Numbered from the stretch's first letter, positions 8,757 to 21,041 are shown. The stretch: DNA of 64,000 nt from Vulcanimicrobiota bacterium (GCA_963805945.1 CAWDVP010000006.1:1-64000), one strand, 5' to 3'. Notes: a model not told the origin generated them from the letters alone. Made by a program: numbers and translations.

Positions 8757-10348
8757 CGCGCGGGCGTCGCCTGCAGCTCCTTCGCGTAGGAGTCGCGCAG
8801 TTCGCGCTTGAGGATCTTGCCGGTGCCGCCCTTGGGCAGCGCGTCGACGAACTTGACGTGTTTGGGCACCTTGAAGTGCGCCATTTTGGTGCGGCAGTGC
8901 TCGACGAGCTCCGCCACGTCCAGCGTCGCACCCGGCTTGCACACGATGATCGCTGCCGGCACTTCGCCCCACTTCTCGTCGGGCACCGCGATGACCGCGC
9001 ATTCCAACACCGCGGGGTGGTCGTAGATGACCTTCTCGATCTCCTGCGACGCGACGTTCTCGCCGCCGGTGATGATGATGTCCTTCTTGCGGTCGACGAT
9101 GGTCAGATAGTCCTGGTCGTCGATCGAGCCCATGTCGCCGGTGTGGAACCAGCCGTCCACGATGAACTTGGCGGTCTCTTCCGGCTGATTCCAGTATCCT
9201 TTGAAGACGGTGTTGCCGCGCGCGCAGATCTCGCCGACGGCGACGCCGTCGTGCGGGAGCGGCCGGTTCGCTTCGTCCATGATCTCGACCTCGACGCCCG
9301 GCAGCGGCAAGCCCGCCGTCGTGCGTATGCCCAGCGAGCCGGCGCGGTCGGTGCCCGCGCTCGCTTTGGTGAGCGCGGAGGTCATCACGGGCGTCGTCTC
9401 GCTGAGGCCGTAGCCGCAGTGGACGTGGCACTCGGGCAGACGTTCGTCGAGGGCTCTGATGACGGCCGGCGGTGATGCCGCGCCGCCGAGCATGACGCGC
9501 CGCAGCGAGCTCAAGTCGCGGGTCTTCCACGACGGCGCGCTCATGAGCGCGATGGCCATCGTCGGCACGAGGAACGCTAGGCTGATGCGCTCGCGCTCGA
9601 TGACTTCGAGCACGTGCTCCGGATCGAAGCGCGGCACCATGATATGGCGGCCGCCGACCACCGTCAGGGTGTGCGGCGTGCCCCAGCCGTTCACGTGGAA
9701 GAGCGGGATGCTGTGGAGCACCGCGTCGGTGTCGTAGCACGGTGCGCACACCAGGCCATACAGCGCGTGGGTGTACAGGTTGCGATGCGTCAGCATGACG
9801 CCCTTGGGCCGCGCCGTCGTGCCGCTGGTGTAGAAGAGCTCGGCGACATCATCTTCATCGAGCGCGGGCGGGTCGAACGCCGCCGGCGCTGCGGCGAGCA
9901 TCTCTTCGTAGTCGAGGCCTTTGACCGGCAGGTCTGCGCGTGGATCGCCGCCCATGAGCACGATCGTCTTGACCTTGGGCAGCGAGGGCAAGCACGGCGC
10001 GAGCAAGCCGACGAGCGCGCGATCGACGACCACTGTCTTCGCCCCCGCGTCGGCGAGGATGTACCCGATGTCCGCGGGCGTGAGGCGGATGTTGATCGGC
10101 AGCAGGATCGCGCCGAGCTGCGGCACGGCATAGTACGCTTCGAGCAGGCGGTGGCAGTTGAACGACAGATATGCGACGACGTCGCCGCGTTTGACGCCGG
10201 CCTTCAAGAGCGCATTGGAGAAGCGATCGATGCGCGCGCCGAGCTGGCCGTAGGTGAGCCGCTCCGCGCCGCAGACCACCGCGAGCGAATCGCGATACAC
10301 GGTCCGGCCGCGACGGAGGAAATCGTTGACGAGCATGGGCGTCTTCAT
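8753..10348 (-). CDS. Long-chain fatty-acid--CoA ligase (AMP-binding enzyme)
   Basis: YTSGTTARPKG, GYGLSET, WFHTGD, DRKKDIIITGGENV, GKILK. Confidence 0.92.
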   Translation of the reverse strand: MKTPMLVNDFLRRGRTVYRDSLAVVCGAERLTYGQLGARIDRFSNALLKAGVKRGDVVAYLSFNCHRLLEAYYAVPQLGAILLPINIRLTPADIGYILADAGAKTVVVDRALVGLLAPCLPSLPKVKTIVLMGGDPRADLPVKGLDYEEMLAAAPAAFDPPALDEDDVAELFYTSGTTARPKGVMLTHRNLYTHALYGLVCAPCYDTDAVLHSIPLFHVNGWGTPHTLTVVGGRHIMVPRFDPEHVLEVIERERISLAFLVPTMAIALMSAPSWKTRDLSSLRRVMLGGAASPPAVIRALDERLPECHVHCGYGLSETTPVMTSALTKASAGTDRAGSLGIRTTAGLPLPGVEVEIMDEANRPLPHDGVAVGEICARGNTVFKGYWNQPEETAKFIVDGWFHTGDMGSIDDQDYLTIVDRKKDIIITGGENVASQEIEKVIYDHPAVLECAVIAVPDEKWGEVPAAIIVCKPGATLDVAELVEHCRTKMAHFKVPKHVKFVDALPKGGTGKILKRELRDSYAKELQATPAR

Positions 10349-10351
10349 GAT

Positions 10352-11084
10352 CTATGTCTCCCCGAGCAAGCCGCGCAGCGTCGAGAGCAGATTCACCGCT
10401 GCCGCGTCGCGGTCGCGCTCCAGATCCTGCGCCGGCGGCGCGCCGAACGCCGTGTTCCACGCATGGACGAGCGCGGCCGTCCGGTAGCTGGACAGCGCGG
10501 CGGCGGCGAGCGCCGTCGTCGCCGACTCGGCGCCTGCGATATCGGTCGGCAGCGCCGCTGCGCGGACGAGACGCAGCCCTGCCGGGCGAGGCGTGCGGCG
10601 CACGGTGTGCTCGACCGCGGCGATATCGTCCGCGCTGAGTGTGACGTGCAAGGTCGGAACGCCTTCGGGCTTGGCCGGCAGCGTCAGCGGCAGCACCGCG
10701 ACCAGGCTTTGCTCAAAAGTGCGCGCGGCCATGCCGTGGCCGACCGGACAGCACACGATCGCCGTCTGCAGCGCCTCGTGGTCCACCGTCGCGCTCCAGT
10801 GGAGGGCCGCGACGCTGATCTGGCCGAGCGGACGGTAGAGCACGAGCGCGGGGCGGACATCCGCATCGGGCCGCTTCGCTTCTGCGATGAGCGCGTCGTC
10901 GAGCAGATCCTCTGACGCCGTCTCGGCGAGCGGCGCGTGCGCGAAGTCCGCCGCTGTGCATCTCCTCGGTGCTGGCGGGTATGGCCGGCTGTGCGCCCAT
11001 GCGTCGTCTGCGCTCGGCGAGTAGCAGCATGTCTGCGGGTAGTTGCGGCGTGTCGCTCACGGCGCCGTCTTCCATATCTGCCAC
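10352..11084 (-). CDS. Hypothetical protein (probable frameshift near 10950)
   Basis: ORFs 10713-11084 and 10352-10843 join into one plausible operonic gene. Confidence 0.45.
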
Positions 11085-11956
11085 CAGGGTCGTGCCGATC
11101 GAATGAATTCGACCGCTCCATACGCCGTGGTGTCGTGCATCGGGGGCAGGCGGCGCGCGGCGTCAGCGACGTCCGCGAGCGAGACGCCGCGCGCCGCGCG
11201 TTCTGCGGCGACCTCCATCGAGGCGCGCGCGAGCGCGCCCAAGCGGCGCGGCAGACCCGCGGAGCGCGCCCACAGATCGTGCATCGCTTCGGCGTTGAAG
11301 GGCGATCGTTCGCCGGCGTAGCCGGCGCAGCGCAGCCGATGATCGATGAGACCGGCTGCCTCGGCTTCGCTGAGCGGCCCGAGGTCGAGCCACAGCGCGA
11401 CGCGATCGCTCAGATTCGGCCGCCGCGCTATCGCGGCGGCGATCTCCGCCTGGCCCGCGAGACCGATCGCGAGCAGCTTGCGTTCGTCGAGCTGGAAGTT
11501 GAGCAGCGCGCGCAACGTCTCGAGCAGCGGCTCGGGCAACAGCTGCGCTTCGTCGACGAGCAGGATCGCCTGGCGTCCGGATGCCGCGGTGCGTTCGAAC
11601 AGACAGCGCTTCAGGTGTTCGCGGCGCTCGCGTGCGCCGGTGCCGTCGACGCACGGCGGGAAACCGAGTGCCGCTGTCGCAGCCGCGAGCAGCTCCGCCT
11701 CGCTCTCGAACGTCGGGTCGAGGATGAGCCCGACGATGCAACGCCGGTCGTCGAGCAGGCGCGCGGTGACCGCGTTGCACAGCGACGTCTTACCGGCGCC
11801 GACCGGTCCGAGGACGACTGCTAGGCCGCGCCCCTCCGCCAGACATTCGAACAGGCGCCGCCGGTTGCTGGCGGTCGCCATCGTCTCGTAGAAGAACGCA
11901 GGGTCGGCGGTGTCCATAAAGGGGTCGCGCTGCAGACCGAACGCCTCGAGCAGCAT
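11057..11956 (-). CDS. ExeA/GspA-like AAA ATPase
   Basis: FGLQRDPF..TADPAFFY, GPVGAGKT, LLVDEAQ, LAGQAE, GLPRRL. Confidence 0.85.
   Translation of the reverse strand: MLLEAFGLQRDPFMDTADPAFFYETMATASNRRRLFECLAEGRGLAVVLGPVGAGKTSLCNAVTARLLDDRRCIVGLILDPTFESEAELLAAATAALGFPPCVDGTGARERREHLKRCLFERTAASGRQAILLVDEAQLLPEPLLETLRALLNFQLDERKLLAIGLAGQAEIAAAIARRPNLSDRVALWLDLGPLSEAEAAGLIDHRLRCAGYAGERSPFNAEAMHDLWARSAGLPRRLGALARASMEVAAERAARGVSLADVADAARRLPPMHDTTAYGAVEFIRSARPWWQIWKTAP
11096..11120 (+). repeat. Intragenic REP-like palindrome (family B)
   Basis: CGATCGAATGAATTCGACCGCTCCA; read as GAVEFIRS in the ExeA C-terminus. Confidence 0.8.
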
Positions 11957-12052
11957 GCGCGATGGCTTCCAGCGTTTCGCCAGGCGAACCTCTGCTACGC
12001 TCGGCACACGTCACCAGAGGTCCGCGCGCGGGCGCGGGCAGAAGCCGCTCGC

Positions 12053-13006
12053 ATGTCCATCCAGATCAAGCCGCAATTCCCGGACGAGCAGTCGCCAGAC
12101 GGCAGCTTCGTCCGGCAGCCGGATTATTTCCGCGAGTGCGTCACCGCCGACGGGAGCAGCGGCTATCCCGCCGTTGCGGGGCGTTATCATCTCTACGTGT
12201 CGCTCGCCTGCCCCTGGGCCCATCGCACCATCATCATGCGGAAGCTAAAACGCTTGGAGGACGTGATCGGCATGACGGTCGTCGATCCTATCCGCGACGA
12301 CGAGACCGGCTGGGCGTTCCGCGACGGTCCGGGCTTCTCGAAAGACCCGATCAACGGCTTCCATTTCTTGCGCGAAGCGTACCTGGCGACCGATCCGCAG
12401 TACCGCCGCCGCATCACCGTGCCGGTGCTGTGGGATACGCAGACGAAGAAGATCATCTGCAATTCCGACGACGACATCCTGCGCGTGTTCGAGACCCAGT
12501 TCGATGCGCTCGCCGACAACAGCGTGGACTATTTCCCGGAGCGCTTCCGCGCCGAGATCGACGAGCTCAACGAGTACATCTACCAGAACGTCAACGACGG
12601 CGTCTATCGCGCGGGGTTCGCCACCGCGCAGAACGTGTACGAGGCGGCCGTACGACAGGTGTTCGAAGCGCTCGACGTGCTCGAGCAGCGGCTCTCCACC
12701 CGCCGCTACTTGTTCGGCGCGTCGCCGGTCGAGACCGACTGGCGGCTCTTCGTGACGCTCGTGCGCTTCGATCCCGTCTACTACGGGCATTTCAAGTGCG
12801 ATCTGCGGCTCATCGCGCAGTATCCGAATCTGTTCGGCTATCTGCGCGACCTCTACCAATTCAAGGATGTCGCGAGCACGGTGAACTTCGACCACATCAA
12901 GCGGCACTATTACATCACGCACGATGACATCAACCCGACCAAGATCGTGCCGCTAGGCCCGCTGCAGGACCTGACGGCGCCCGCGGGGCGCGAACATCTA
13001 TCATGA
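12053..13006 (+). CDS. yqjG: Glutathionyl-hydroquinone reductase (YqjG/ECM4-like GST)
   Basis: GRYHLYVSLACPWAHR, TVPVLWD, VNDGVYRAGFA, TLVRFDPVY, HIKRHYY. Confidence 0.9.
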   Translation: MSIQIKPQFPDEQSPDGSFVRQPDYFRECVTADGSSGYPAVAGRYHLYVSLACPWAHRTIIMRKLKRLEDVIGMTVVDPIRDDETGWAFRDGPGFSKDPINGFHFLREAYLATDPQYRRRITVPVLWDTQTKKIICNSDDDILRVFETQFDALADNSVDYFPERFRAEIDELNEYIYQNVNDGVYRAGFATAQNVYEAAVRQVFEALDVLEQRLSTRRYLFGASPVETDWRLFVTLVRFDPVYYGHFKCDLRLIAQYPNLFGYLRDLYQFKDVASTVNFDHIKRHYYITHDDINPTKIVPLGPLQDLTAPAGREHLS

Positions 13007-13010
13007 CGTA

Positions 13011-13087
13011 TGTAGGGGTCGATCTTTAGATCGCCCTGCGCACCCGAGATACGTCGCAACGGGCCGACCTAAAGGTCGGCCCCCACA
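13011..13087. repeat. Inverted REP doublet (REPIN-like, family A)
   Basis: TGTAGGGGTCGATCTTTAGATCGCCCT ... GGGCCGACCTAAAGGTCGGCCCCCACA. Confidence 0.8.
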
Positions 13088-13098
13088 TCACGAGGGCG

Positions 13099-13128
13099 TT
13101 GCGTCCCGCAAGCGCCCTATGGTAAGAT
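13099..13128 (+). promoter_or_regulatory. Sigma70-type promoter of rpsB
   Basis: TTGCGT-N18-TAAGAT with extended -10 TG. Confidence 0.55.
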
Positions 13129-13263
13129 AGCCAAGCGCAACTTTAGGACCGAGCGTGGCCCCGCCACGCGACCCGCGCAGATAGGGATGGTCCTAGTGAA
13201 CAGTCGCCTCGGCGACCGTTGGGGTTTGTCCGTCGGGCAGGCCTAGAAAGAGGGTCCTTCACC

Positions 13264-14121
13264 GTGTCTTCCATCATCACCATGAAGCAGCTGCTCGAAG
13301 CGGGCGTCCACTTCGGGCACCAGACGCGTCGTTGGAATCCGAAGATGTCGAAGTACATCTTCCAGGAACGCAACGGCATCTATATCATCGATCTCCAGAA
13401 GACCGTGCTCAAGCTGCGTGAGGTCTATGGCGTCGTCAAAGAGATGGCGCGCCAAGGCAAGACCTTCTTGTACGTCGGCACGAAGAAGCAAGCGCAGGAA
13501 GCGGTGAAAGAAGAAGCCGACCGCGCGGGCATGTTCTACGTCAACCAGCGCTGGCTCGGCGGCACGCTCACCAATTTCCAGACGATCCAGAAGCGCGTCT
13601 CGCGTTTGCGCGAGCTCGAGCGGCAGCGCGACACGGGCGTCTTCGAAGTGCTCACGAAGAAAGAGGTCGGCCGGCTCGAGGACGAGCTGCGCAGGCTCGA
13701 CCGCTTCTTGGGCGGCATCAAAGATATGCCGAAGCTGCCGGACGCGATCTTCATCGTCGATCCGCGCAAGGAACGCATCGCGGTGCTGGAAGCGCGCAAG
13801 CTGAAGATCCCGATCATCGCCGTGATCGACACGAACTGCGATCCCGATGAGATCGACTACGCGATCCCGGGCAACGACGACGCGATCCGCGCGGTCAAGC
13901 TCATGACGGGGAAGATCACCGACGCGATCCTCGAGGGCAAGACCGAAGCCGAATCGGCCGAGTATCTCGGCGCGCCGACCGACGCGAGCGCAAGCCCGAC
14001 ACCGCCGAGCGAGGCGACGCCGGCCGCCGAGGCAGTGCCCACGGAAACAGCGCCGGTGGTGGAGGCAACGACAGTGGTGGAGGCAGCCGCCGTCGCACAG
14101 GAAACACCAGCCGCGACATGA
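13264..14121 (+). CDS. rpsB: 30S ribosomal protein S2
   Basis: [42 protein letters not shown]-rich tail. Confidence 0.98.
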   Translation: MSSIITMKQLLEAGVHFGHQTRRWNPKMSKYIFQERNGIYIIDLQKTVLKLREVYGVVKEMARQGKTFLYVGTKKQAQEAVKEEADRAGMFYVNQRWLGGTLTNFQTIQKRVSRLRELERQRDTGVFEVLTKKEVGRLEDELRRLDRFLGGIKDMPKLPDAIFIVDPRKERIAVLEARKLKIPIIAVIDTNCDPDEIDYAIPGNDDAIRAVKLMTGKITDAILEGKTEAESAEYLGAPTDASASPTPPSEATPAAEAVPTETAPVVEATTVVEAAAVAQETPAAT

Positions 14122-14166
14122 CGCCGGTCCCGCGAGCGAAAACGCGGGAACGTAATAGGTGCAGAA

Positions 14167-14190
14167 GGCGGTCGCGAGGCCGCCCTTTGT
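14167..14190 (+). terminator. Hairpin between rpsB and tsf (possible attenuator)
   Basis: GGCGGTC-GCGA-GGCCGCC followed by CTTTGT. Confidence 0.45.
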
Positions 14191-14238
14191 ATGGCCGAGA
14201 GGGAACAAAGGTGATTCGAGGAAATGGGACACGTTGAA

Positions 14239-16097
<1,859 letters not shown>

Positions 16098-16126
16098 TCG
16101 CACTGGCGCACGAGGACCTCATCAAC

Positions 16127-16348
16127 TTGCCCTATGCGCTCGCGCTCGAGCGGCTTAAAGAGCGCGACGTATACGTGCGCGTCCTCGCGCCGCCGTACGC
16201 CGGCGTGGGCGTGGGCGAGCTGCGCGTCGTGCGGGCAGAAGAGCGGGGCGACGCGATCGAGCTCGTCGTGACCTACGCCGACTACGAACGCATCGAGCCG
16301 CCGCCGAAGAAACCCGACGGCAGCGCCGGCCCATCAGGGACGGCATGA
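16127..16348 (+). CDS. Small hypothetical protein (start may be further upstream)
   Basis: ORF fills the frr-cdsA gap; its stop overlaps the cdsA ATG. Confidence 0.65.
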   Translation: MPYALALERLKERDVYVRVLAPPYAGVGVGELRVVRAEERGDAIELVVTYADYERIEPPPKKPDGSAGPSGTA

Positions 16349-17202
16349 CCACCGCGGTGGCCGGGCACGTGGATTCCGGCGCGCGGTTGCGACAAGAGCT
16401 CTCCGGCAAACGCGTCGCCATCGGCCTGGCCATGGCGGTCGTCGGCATCGGCTGCGTGTTCTCACCGCCGCTGTTCGCGCTGCTCATCCTCACCATCGGC
16501 GTCCTCAGCGCGATAGAATTCGCGCGTCTCACGCAGCGCGCGGGCGCGACGGCGTCGCTGTGGGTGGCGATCCCCGCGGTCGCCGCCTACATCGTGGCGT
16601 CGTACTTCCGCGTCAGCGACGATTTCGAGTCGGGCATCCTCGTCGTCGTCATCGTCACGTCGATGATCGCCGCTCTGGCCGGCGGCGTGGACCGTTTTGC
16701 GGTGCGCTGGGGCATGACCGTGATCGCCGCGCTGTATCTCGGCAAGATCGGCTCGTACCTTGTTTCGGTGCGCCAGCTGCCCCACCACGGCGGCGCGTAC
16801 ATGCTGTGGCTCATCGTGATCGTCGGGCTCACCGACGTGGTGGGCATGATCGTCGGCCTGCGCTTCGGCAAGACGCCGCTGGCGCCGCGCATCTCGCCCG
16901 GCAAGACGTGGGAAGGTGCGATCGGGGCGTTCGTCGTCGCCACCGCGGCGGGCACGCTGCTCGGTTTGATCCCGCGCGTCGGCGCGCCATGGTATCTCGG
17001 GCTCACCTTCGCCGGCGCGGTCTCGATCGCCGCACAGCTCGGCGATCTCGTCGAATCGGCGCTCAAGCGCAACGCGCAGGTCAAGGACTCGGGCCGTCTG
17101 CTCGTGGCGCACGGCGGCGTGCTCGACCGCTTCGACTCGTACATCCTAGCCGGCGTCGTGGCATACGCCGTGCTCCTATGGTTCGGCCGCGCCTCGGGCT
17201 AG
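16345..17202 (+). CDS. cdsA: Phosphatidate cytidylyltransferase
   Basis: ISPGKTWEG, GDLVESALKR..QVKDSG..HGGVLDRFDS. Confidence 0.95.
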   Translation: MTTAVAGHVDSGARLRQELSGKRVAIGLAMAVVGIGCVFSPPLFALLILTIGVLSAIEFARLTQRAGATASLWVAIPAVAAYIVASYFRVSDDFESGILVVVIVTSMIAALAGGVDRFAVRWGMTVIAALYLGKIGSYLVSVRQLPHHGGAYMLWLIVIVGLTDVVGMIVGLRFGKTPLAPRISPGKTWEGAIGAFVVATAAGTLLGLIPRVGAPWYLGLTFAGAVSIAAQLGDLVESALKRNAQVKDSGRLLVAHGGVLDRFDSYILAGVVAYAVLLWFGRASG

Positions 17203-17206
17203 ACGT

Positions 17207-18418
17207 ATGCGGCGCATCGCCATTCTGGGTTCCACCGGTTCGATCGGCTCCCAAGCGCTCGATATCATCGGGCGCTATCCGGAGCGCTTCGCCGTCGCCG
17301 GTCTTGCCGCCAACACCAACGTCGCAGCGCTCGCGGCGCAGGCCGGACGCTTTCGGCCGGCGGTGCTCTCGCTTGGATCGGCGTCGCTCGCCGAAGAACT
17401 GCGCGGCAAGCTGAGCTATGTTCCGCGTGCGATCGGCTGGGGCGCCGAGGGCCTCGCGATGGTGGCGGCTGCTTCGGACGCACAGCGGGTGCTCGCGGCC
17501 AGCGACGGCATCGCGGCGCTCGACGCGGTGATGCTCGCCCTCGCGGGCGGCACCGACGTCGCGCTGTCCAACAAGGAACTGCTCGTCGCCGCCGGCGAGC
17601 CGCTGCTCGCGGCCGCGCGAGGATCAGGCGCGCGCGTGCTGCCGGTGGATTCAGAGCACAGCGCGGTGTTCCAATGCCTGCTCGGCGAACGCGTCGAGGA
17701 CGTCGCGAGCGTCGTCCTGACCGCGAGCGGCGGGCCGTTCCGGGAGCTGTCGCTGCTCGACATGCGCGACGTGACGCCGGCGCAGGCGCTCGCGCATCCG
17801 ACATGGGTGATGGGCCAGAAGAACACGATCGATTCGGCGACCATGATGAACAAGGGGCTTGAGGTGATCGAGGCGAGCCGGCTGTTCGGCTTGACGCCCG
17901 AGCAGATCGAGGTCGTCGTGCACCGCCAAAGCGTGGCGCATGCGTTCGTGCGCTTCAAGGACGGCAACGTGAAGGCGCAGTTGGCGGCGCCCGACATGCG
18001 CGTGCCTATCGGCTATGCGCTCGCGTATCCGGAACGGCTGCCCGATGCGGACGCAGGCAAGACCCGTGCGGCGCTCGGTCTCGGGTCCGCGCCCGCCGAG
18101 TTGACGTTCGAACCGCTCGACAATAGTCGCTTCCCAGCAGTGCAGCTGTGCTATCGCGCGCTGCGCGCGGGCGGGACGTGTCCGGCCGTGCTGTCGGCGG
18201 CGAACGAAGAGGCAGGACGCGCCTTTTTGCAAGGGAAAGTGAAGTTCACCGAGATTTGTGCGCTCGTCGAACGCGCGCTGGACGCTCACTCGGCCGAGGC
18301 GCCGACGCTCGAGGCGATCCGCCGGGCCGATGCGTGGGCCCGCGAGGCGACGCTCGAAGAGATCGCGCGACTCCACGGTCGAATAAATTCGACCGCTCCA
18401 GCAATCACTAAAGGATAG
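17207..18418 (+). CDS. dxr: 1-deoxy-D-xylulose 5-phosphate reductoisomerase
   Basis: LGSTGSIG, LPVDSEH, HPTWVMG.KNTIDSATMMNKGLE. Confidence 0.97.
   Translation: MRRIAILGSTGSIGSQALDIIGRYPERFAVAGLAANTNVAALAAQAGRFRPAVLSLGSASLAEELRGKLSYVPRAIGWGAEGLAMVAAASDAQRVLAASDGIAALDAVMLALAGGTDVALSNKELLVAAGEPLLAAARGSGARVLPVDSEHSAVFQCLLGERVEDVASVVLTASGGPFRELSLLDMRDVTPAQALAHPTWVMGQKNTIDSATMMNKGLEVIEASRLFGLTPEQIEVVVHRQSVAHAFVRFKDGNVKAQLAAPDMRVPIGYALAYPERLPDADAGKTRAALGLGSAPAELTFEPLDNSRFPAVQLCYRALRAGGTCPAVLSAANEEAGRAFLQGKVKFTEICALVERALDAHSAEAPTLEAIRRADAWAREATLEEIARLHGRINSTAPAITKG
18376..18400 (+). repeat. Intragenic REP-like palindrome (family B)
   Basis: CGGTCGAATAAATTCGACCGCTCCA, encodes GRINSTAP in the Dxr C-terminus. 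Confidence 0.85.
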
Positions 18419-18479
18419 GCTCCCCATCCACACCATCCTGGCCCTCATCGGCGCGCCGAATCTGACGACCCTGTGGCAG

Positions 18480-19520
18480 GTGGCGCTCTTCTTGCTCACC
18501 CTCGGCGTGCTCGTCGTGTTCCACGAGTTCGGGCACTTCGTGTTCGCCAAGCTCTTCGGCGTGCGCGTCACCGATTTCGCGGTGGGCTTCGGCCCGTCGC
18601 TGTTCTCGCACAAACGCGGCGACACCACCTATCGTCTCAATGCATTGCCGTTCGGCGGCTACTGCAAGATGGTCGGTGAGGACGAAGCCGACGATGGCAG
18701 CGCCGATCCGGGCAACTTCCAGCATAAACCGGTCTGGCAGCGCCTCATCATCATCCTCGCCGGGCCGTGCTTCAACCTCGTGCTCGCCGCGTTGCTGTTC
18801 GCGTATATCGCGATCTTCATCGGTTCCCCGATCGGCCGCACGAACATCGTCGACGTCGTCAATCCGAACACGCCGGCAGCGCAAGCGGGTTTCCAGCCGG
18901 GCGACCAGATCGAGATGCTCGACGGACAGGCGTTCAAGAGCGGCGAGGATATCGTCGATTACATCCACGCGCGGCCGAACACCACGATCGGCGTCGACCT
19001 CCTGCGCGACGGCGAGATCGTGCACGTCCAGGTCACGACGACGACGCAGGACCAGGGCGGCAAGGTCGTCGGCATCTTCGGCTTCTTGCCGCGACCGGTG
19101 GTCGAGAAGCTCGGTCTGCTGCCCGGACTGGCATTCGGCTTCACCAACGTCTTCACCACGATCGCGGTGCAAGCGGTCGGCCTGACGCAGGCGCTGCTGC
19201 ACCTCGACGCATCGGTGGTCGGCGGACCGGTCGGCATCGCGCGCGTGTTCATCAGCGCGGAGCAAGCCGGTCTTTATGCGGCGCTCACGTTGGCGGCGAC
19301 GATCTCGGTGCTGCTCGGGTTCTTCAATCTGCTGCCCATCCCGGCGCTCGACGGCGGCCGGCTCGTCTTCTTGCTCGTCGAAGCGGTGCGCGGCCATCCG
19401 GTGGATCCGGAAAAAGAAGGCCTCGTGCATCTCACCGGTTTCGCGGTGCTCATGGTGCTGGCGCTGTTCGTCACGTACCATGACATCGCGGTGTGGGTGA
19501 GCGGTAAGGGCGGCTTATGA
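18480..19520 (+). CDS. rseP: RseP-like M50 intramembrane metalloprotease with PDZ domain (start possibly 18426)
   Basis: HEFGH, FNLLPIPALDGGR. Confidence 0.93.
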   Translation: MALFLLTLGVLVVFHEFGHFVFAKLFGVRVTDFAVGFGPSLFSHKRGDTTYRLNALPFGGYCKMVGEDEADDGSADPGNFQHKPVWQRLIIILAGPCFNLVLAALLFAYIAIFIGSPIGRTNIVDVVNPNTPAAQAGFQPGDQIEMLDGQAFKSGEDIVDYIHARPNTTIGVDLLRDGEIVHVQVTTTTQDQGGKVVGIFGFLPRPVVEKLGLLPGLAFGFTNVFTTIAVQAVGLTQALLHLDASVVGGPVGIARVFISAEQAGLYAALTLAATISVLLGFFNLLPIPALDGGRLVFLLVEAVRGHPVDPEKEGLVHLTGFAVLMVLALFVTYHDIAVWVSGKGGL

Positions 19521-20665
19521 GCTCAGACATTTTACCGCCGGTGCCCGAATGGTCGGGCGTCCAAGAGCGCGTGCCCGCTCCGCCGCCGCTCGCGCCGCGG
19601 CGCGTGACGCGAGCGGTGAAGGTCGGGACCGTCACCATCGGCGGTGGCGCACCGATCTCCGTGCAGTCAATGACCACGACGAAGACCGACGACTGGGCGG
19701 CGACCCTCGAGCAGGTGCACCAGCTCGCCGAGGCGGGCTGTGAGATCGTGCGCATCTCGGTACCGGACGCTAAAGCCGCGGCCGCATGTAAGAAGATAAA
19801 AGACGGCGCGAAGGTGCCGCTCGTCGCGGACATCCATTTCGATCACCGCTACGCGCTCGCCGCGATCGACGCCGGCTGGGACAAGCTGCGGCTCAATCCC
19901 GGCAACATCCGCGATCCGCAGAAAGTGCGCGAAGTGGTCTCAGCGGCGAAGGACCGCGGCATGCCGATCCGCATCGGCGTCAACCTCGGCTCGCTCGCGC
20001 CGGACATCGTCGAGCGCTACGGCCGCACGCCTGGCGGCATGGTGGAGTCGGCGTTGCGGCATATCAAGATCCTCGAAGAGCTGGATTTCCGCGACATCGT
20101 CGTGTCGCTCAAGGCGCACGACGTGCGCGTCACCGTCGCCGCCTATCGCGACATGGCTAGGCGCGTCGACTACCCGTTCCATCTGGGCATCACCGAGGCG
20201 GGGACCACGCGCACCGGCACGGTCAAAAGCAGCGTCGGGCTGGGTATGCTGCTCGCCGAGGGCATCGGCGACACTATCCGGGTCTCGCTTGCGGCCGATC
20301 CAGTCGACGAAGTACCGGTGTGCTGGGAGATTCTCAAGTCGCTCGGCCTGCGCGAGCGCGGCGTCGAGATCACCGCGTGTCCGTCGTGCGGCCGCGTCCA
20401 GGTGGACATCCTGAAGCTCGCCGACGCGGTGGAGAAGATCACCGCGGAATACAAAGCGCCGGTGAAGGTGGCCGTGATGGGCTGCGCGGTGAACGGCCCA
20501 GGCGAGGCTTCGATGGCCGATGTCGGCATCGCCGGCGGCAAGGGCATGGGGTTGCTCTATCGCGACGGCGTCAAGGTGCGCTCGCTGCCCGAAGATAAAC
20601 TCTTGGATGGCCTGCGGGAAGAAATCGAGAAGGTCATCGCCGAGCGCTATCCCCAGTATCTCTGA
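19517..20665 (+). CDS. ispG: HMBPP synthase
   Basis: ISVQSMT, LVADIHFD, RLNPGNI, CPSCGR, MGCAVNGPGE. Confidence 0.97.
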   Translation: MSSDILPPVPEWSGVQERVPAPPPLAPRRVTRAVKVGTVTIGGGAPISVQSMTTTKTDDWAATLEQVHQLAEAGCEIVRISVPDAKAAAACKKIKDGAKVPLVADIHFDHRYALAAIDAGWDKLRLNPGNIRDPQKVREVVSAAKDRGMPIRIGVNLGSLAPDIVERYGRTPGGMVESALRHIKILEELDFRDIVVSLKAHDVRVTVAAYRDMARRVDYPFHLGITEAGTTRTGTVKSSVGLGMLLAEGIGDTIRVSLAADPVDEVPVCWEILKSLGLRERGVEITACPSCGRVQVDILKLADAVEKITAEYKAPVKVAVMGCAVNGPGEASMADVGIAGGKGMGLLYRDGVKVRSLPEDKLLDGLREEIEKVIAERYPQYL

Positions 20666-20744
20666 TCCGCCAGAGGTCAATGCAGTACCGCGCTCTTGAG
20701 CGCCGGCGACTGCTGATTCACGGCCTCTCGAGGCCGGGACTGCA

Positions 20745-21041
20745 TTGTTTAGAGATGTCGATGCGTTTAGGGATGTCGAAATGAACGAGTATCAATCTGC
20801 TCGGCTGGAGCTGACTCGAAATGCGATGGCGACAGGTTGGACCGAATCCGACGTCGCGAGCGTAGTCGCCGCCGCCGACGCCCCATTTCGAGAGTTCGCC
20901 GACAAATGGGACCGCATCGCCGACGAAGCACTAGCGGATGGCGGACCGATCACCAAACATGGGGTAGCCTTGAGCGCCGCCGATATCTTGAAATTATGTG
21001 CGGGAGATATTCGCAGAACCGTCATGCCGGACACGAAATGA
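20745..21041 (+). CDS. Hypothetical protein between ispG and proS
   Basis: 98-aa ORF with more AT-ending codons than its neighbours; TGA overlaps the proS ATG. Confidence 0.5.
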   Translation: MFRDVDAFRDVEMNEYQSARLELTRNAMATGWTESDVASVVAAADAPFREFADKWDRIADEALADGGPITKHGVALSAADILKLCAGDIRRTVMPDTK

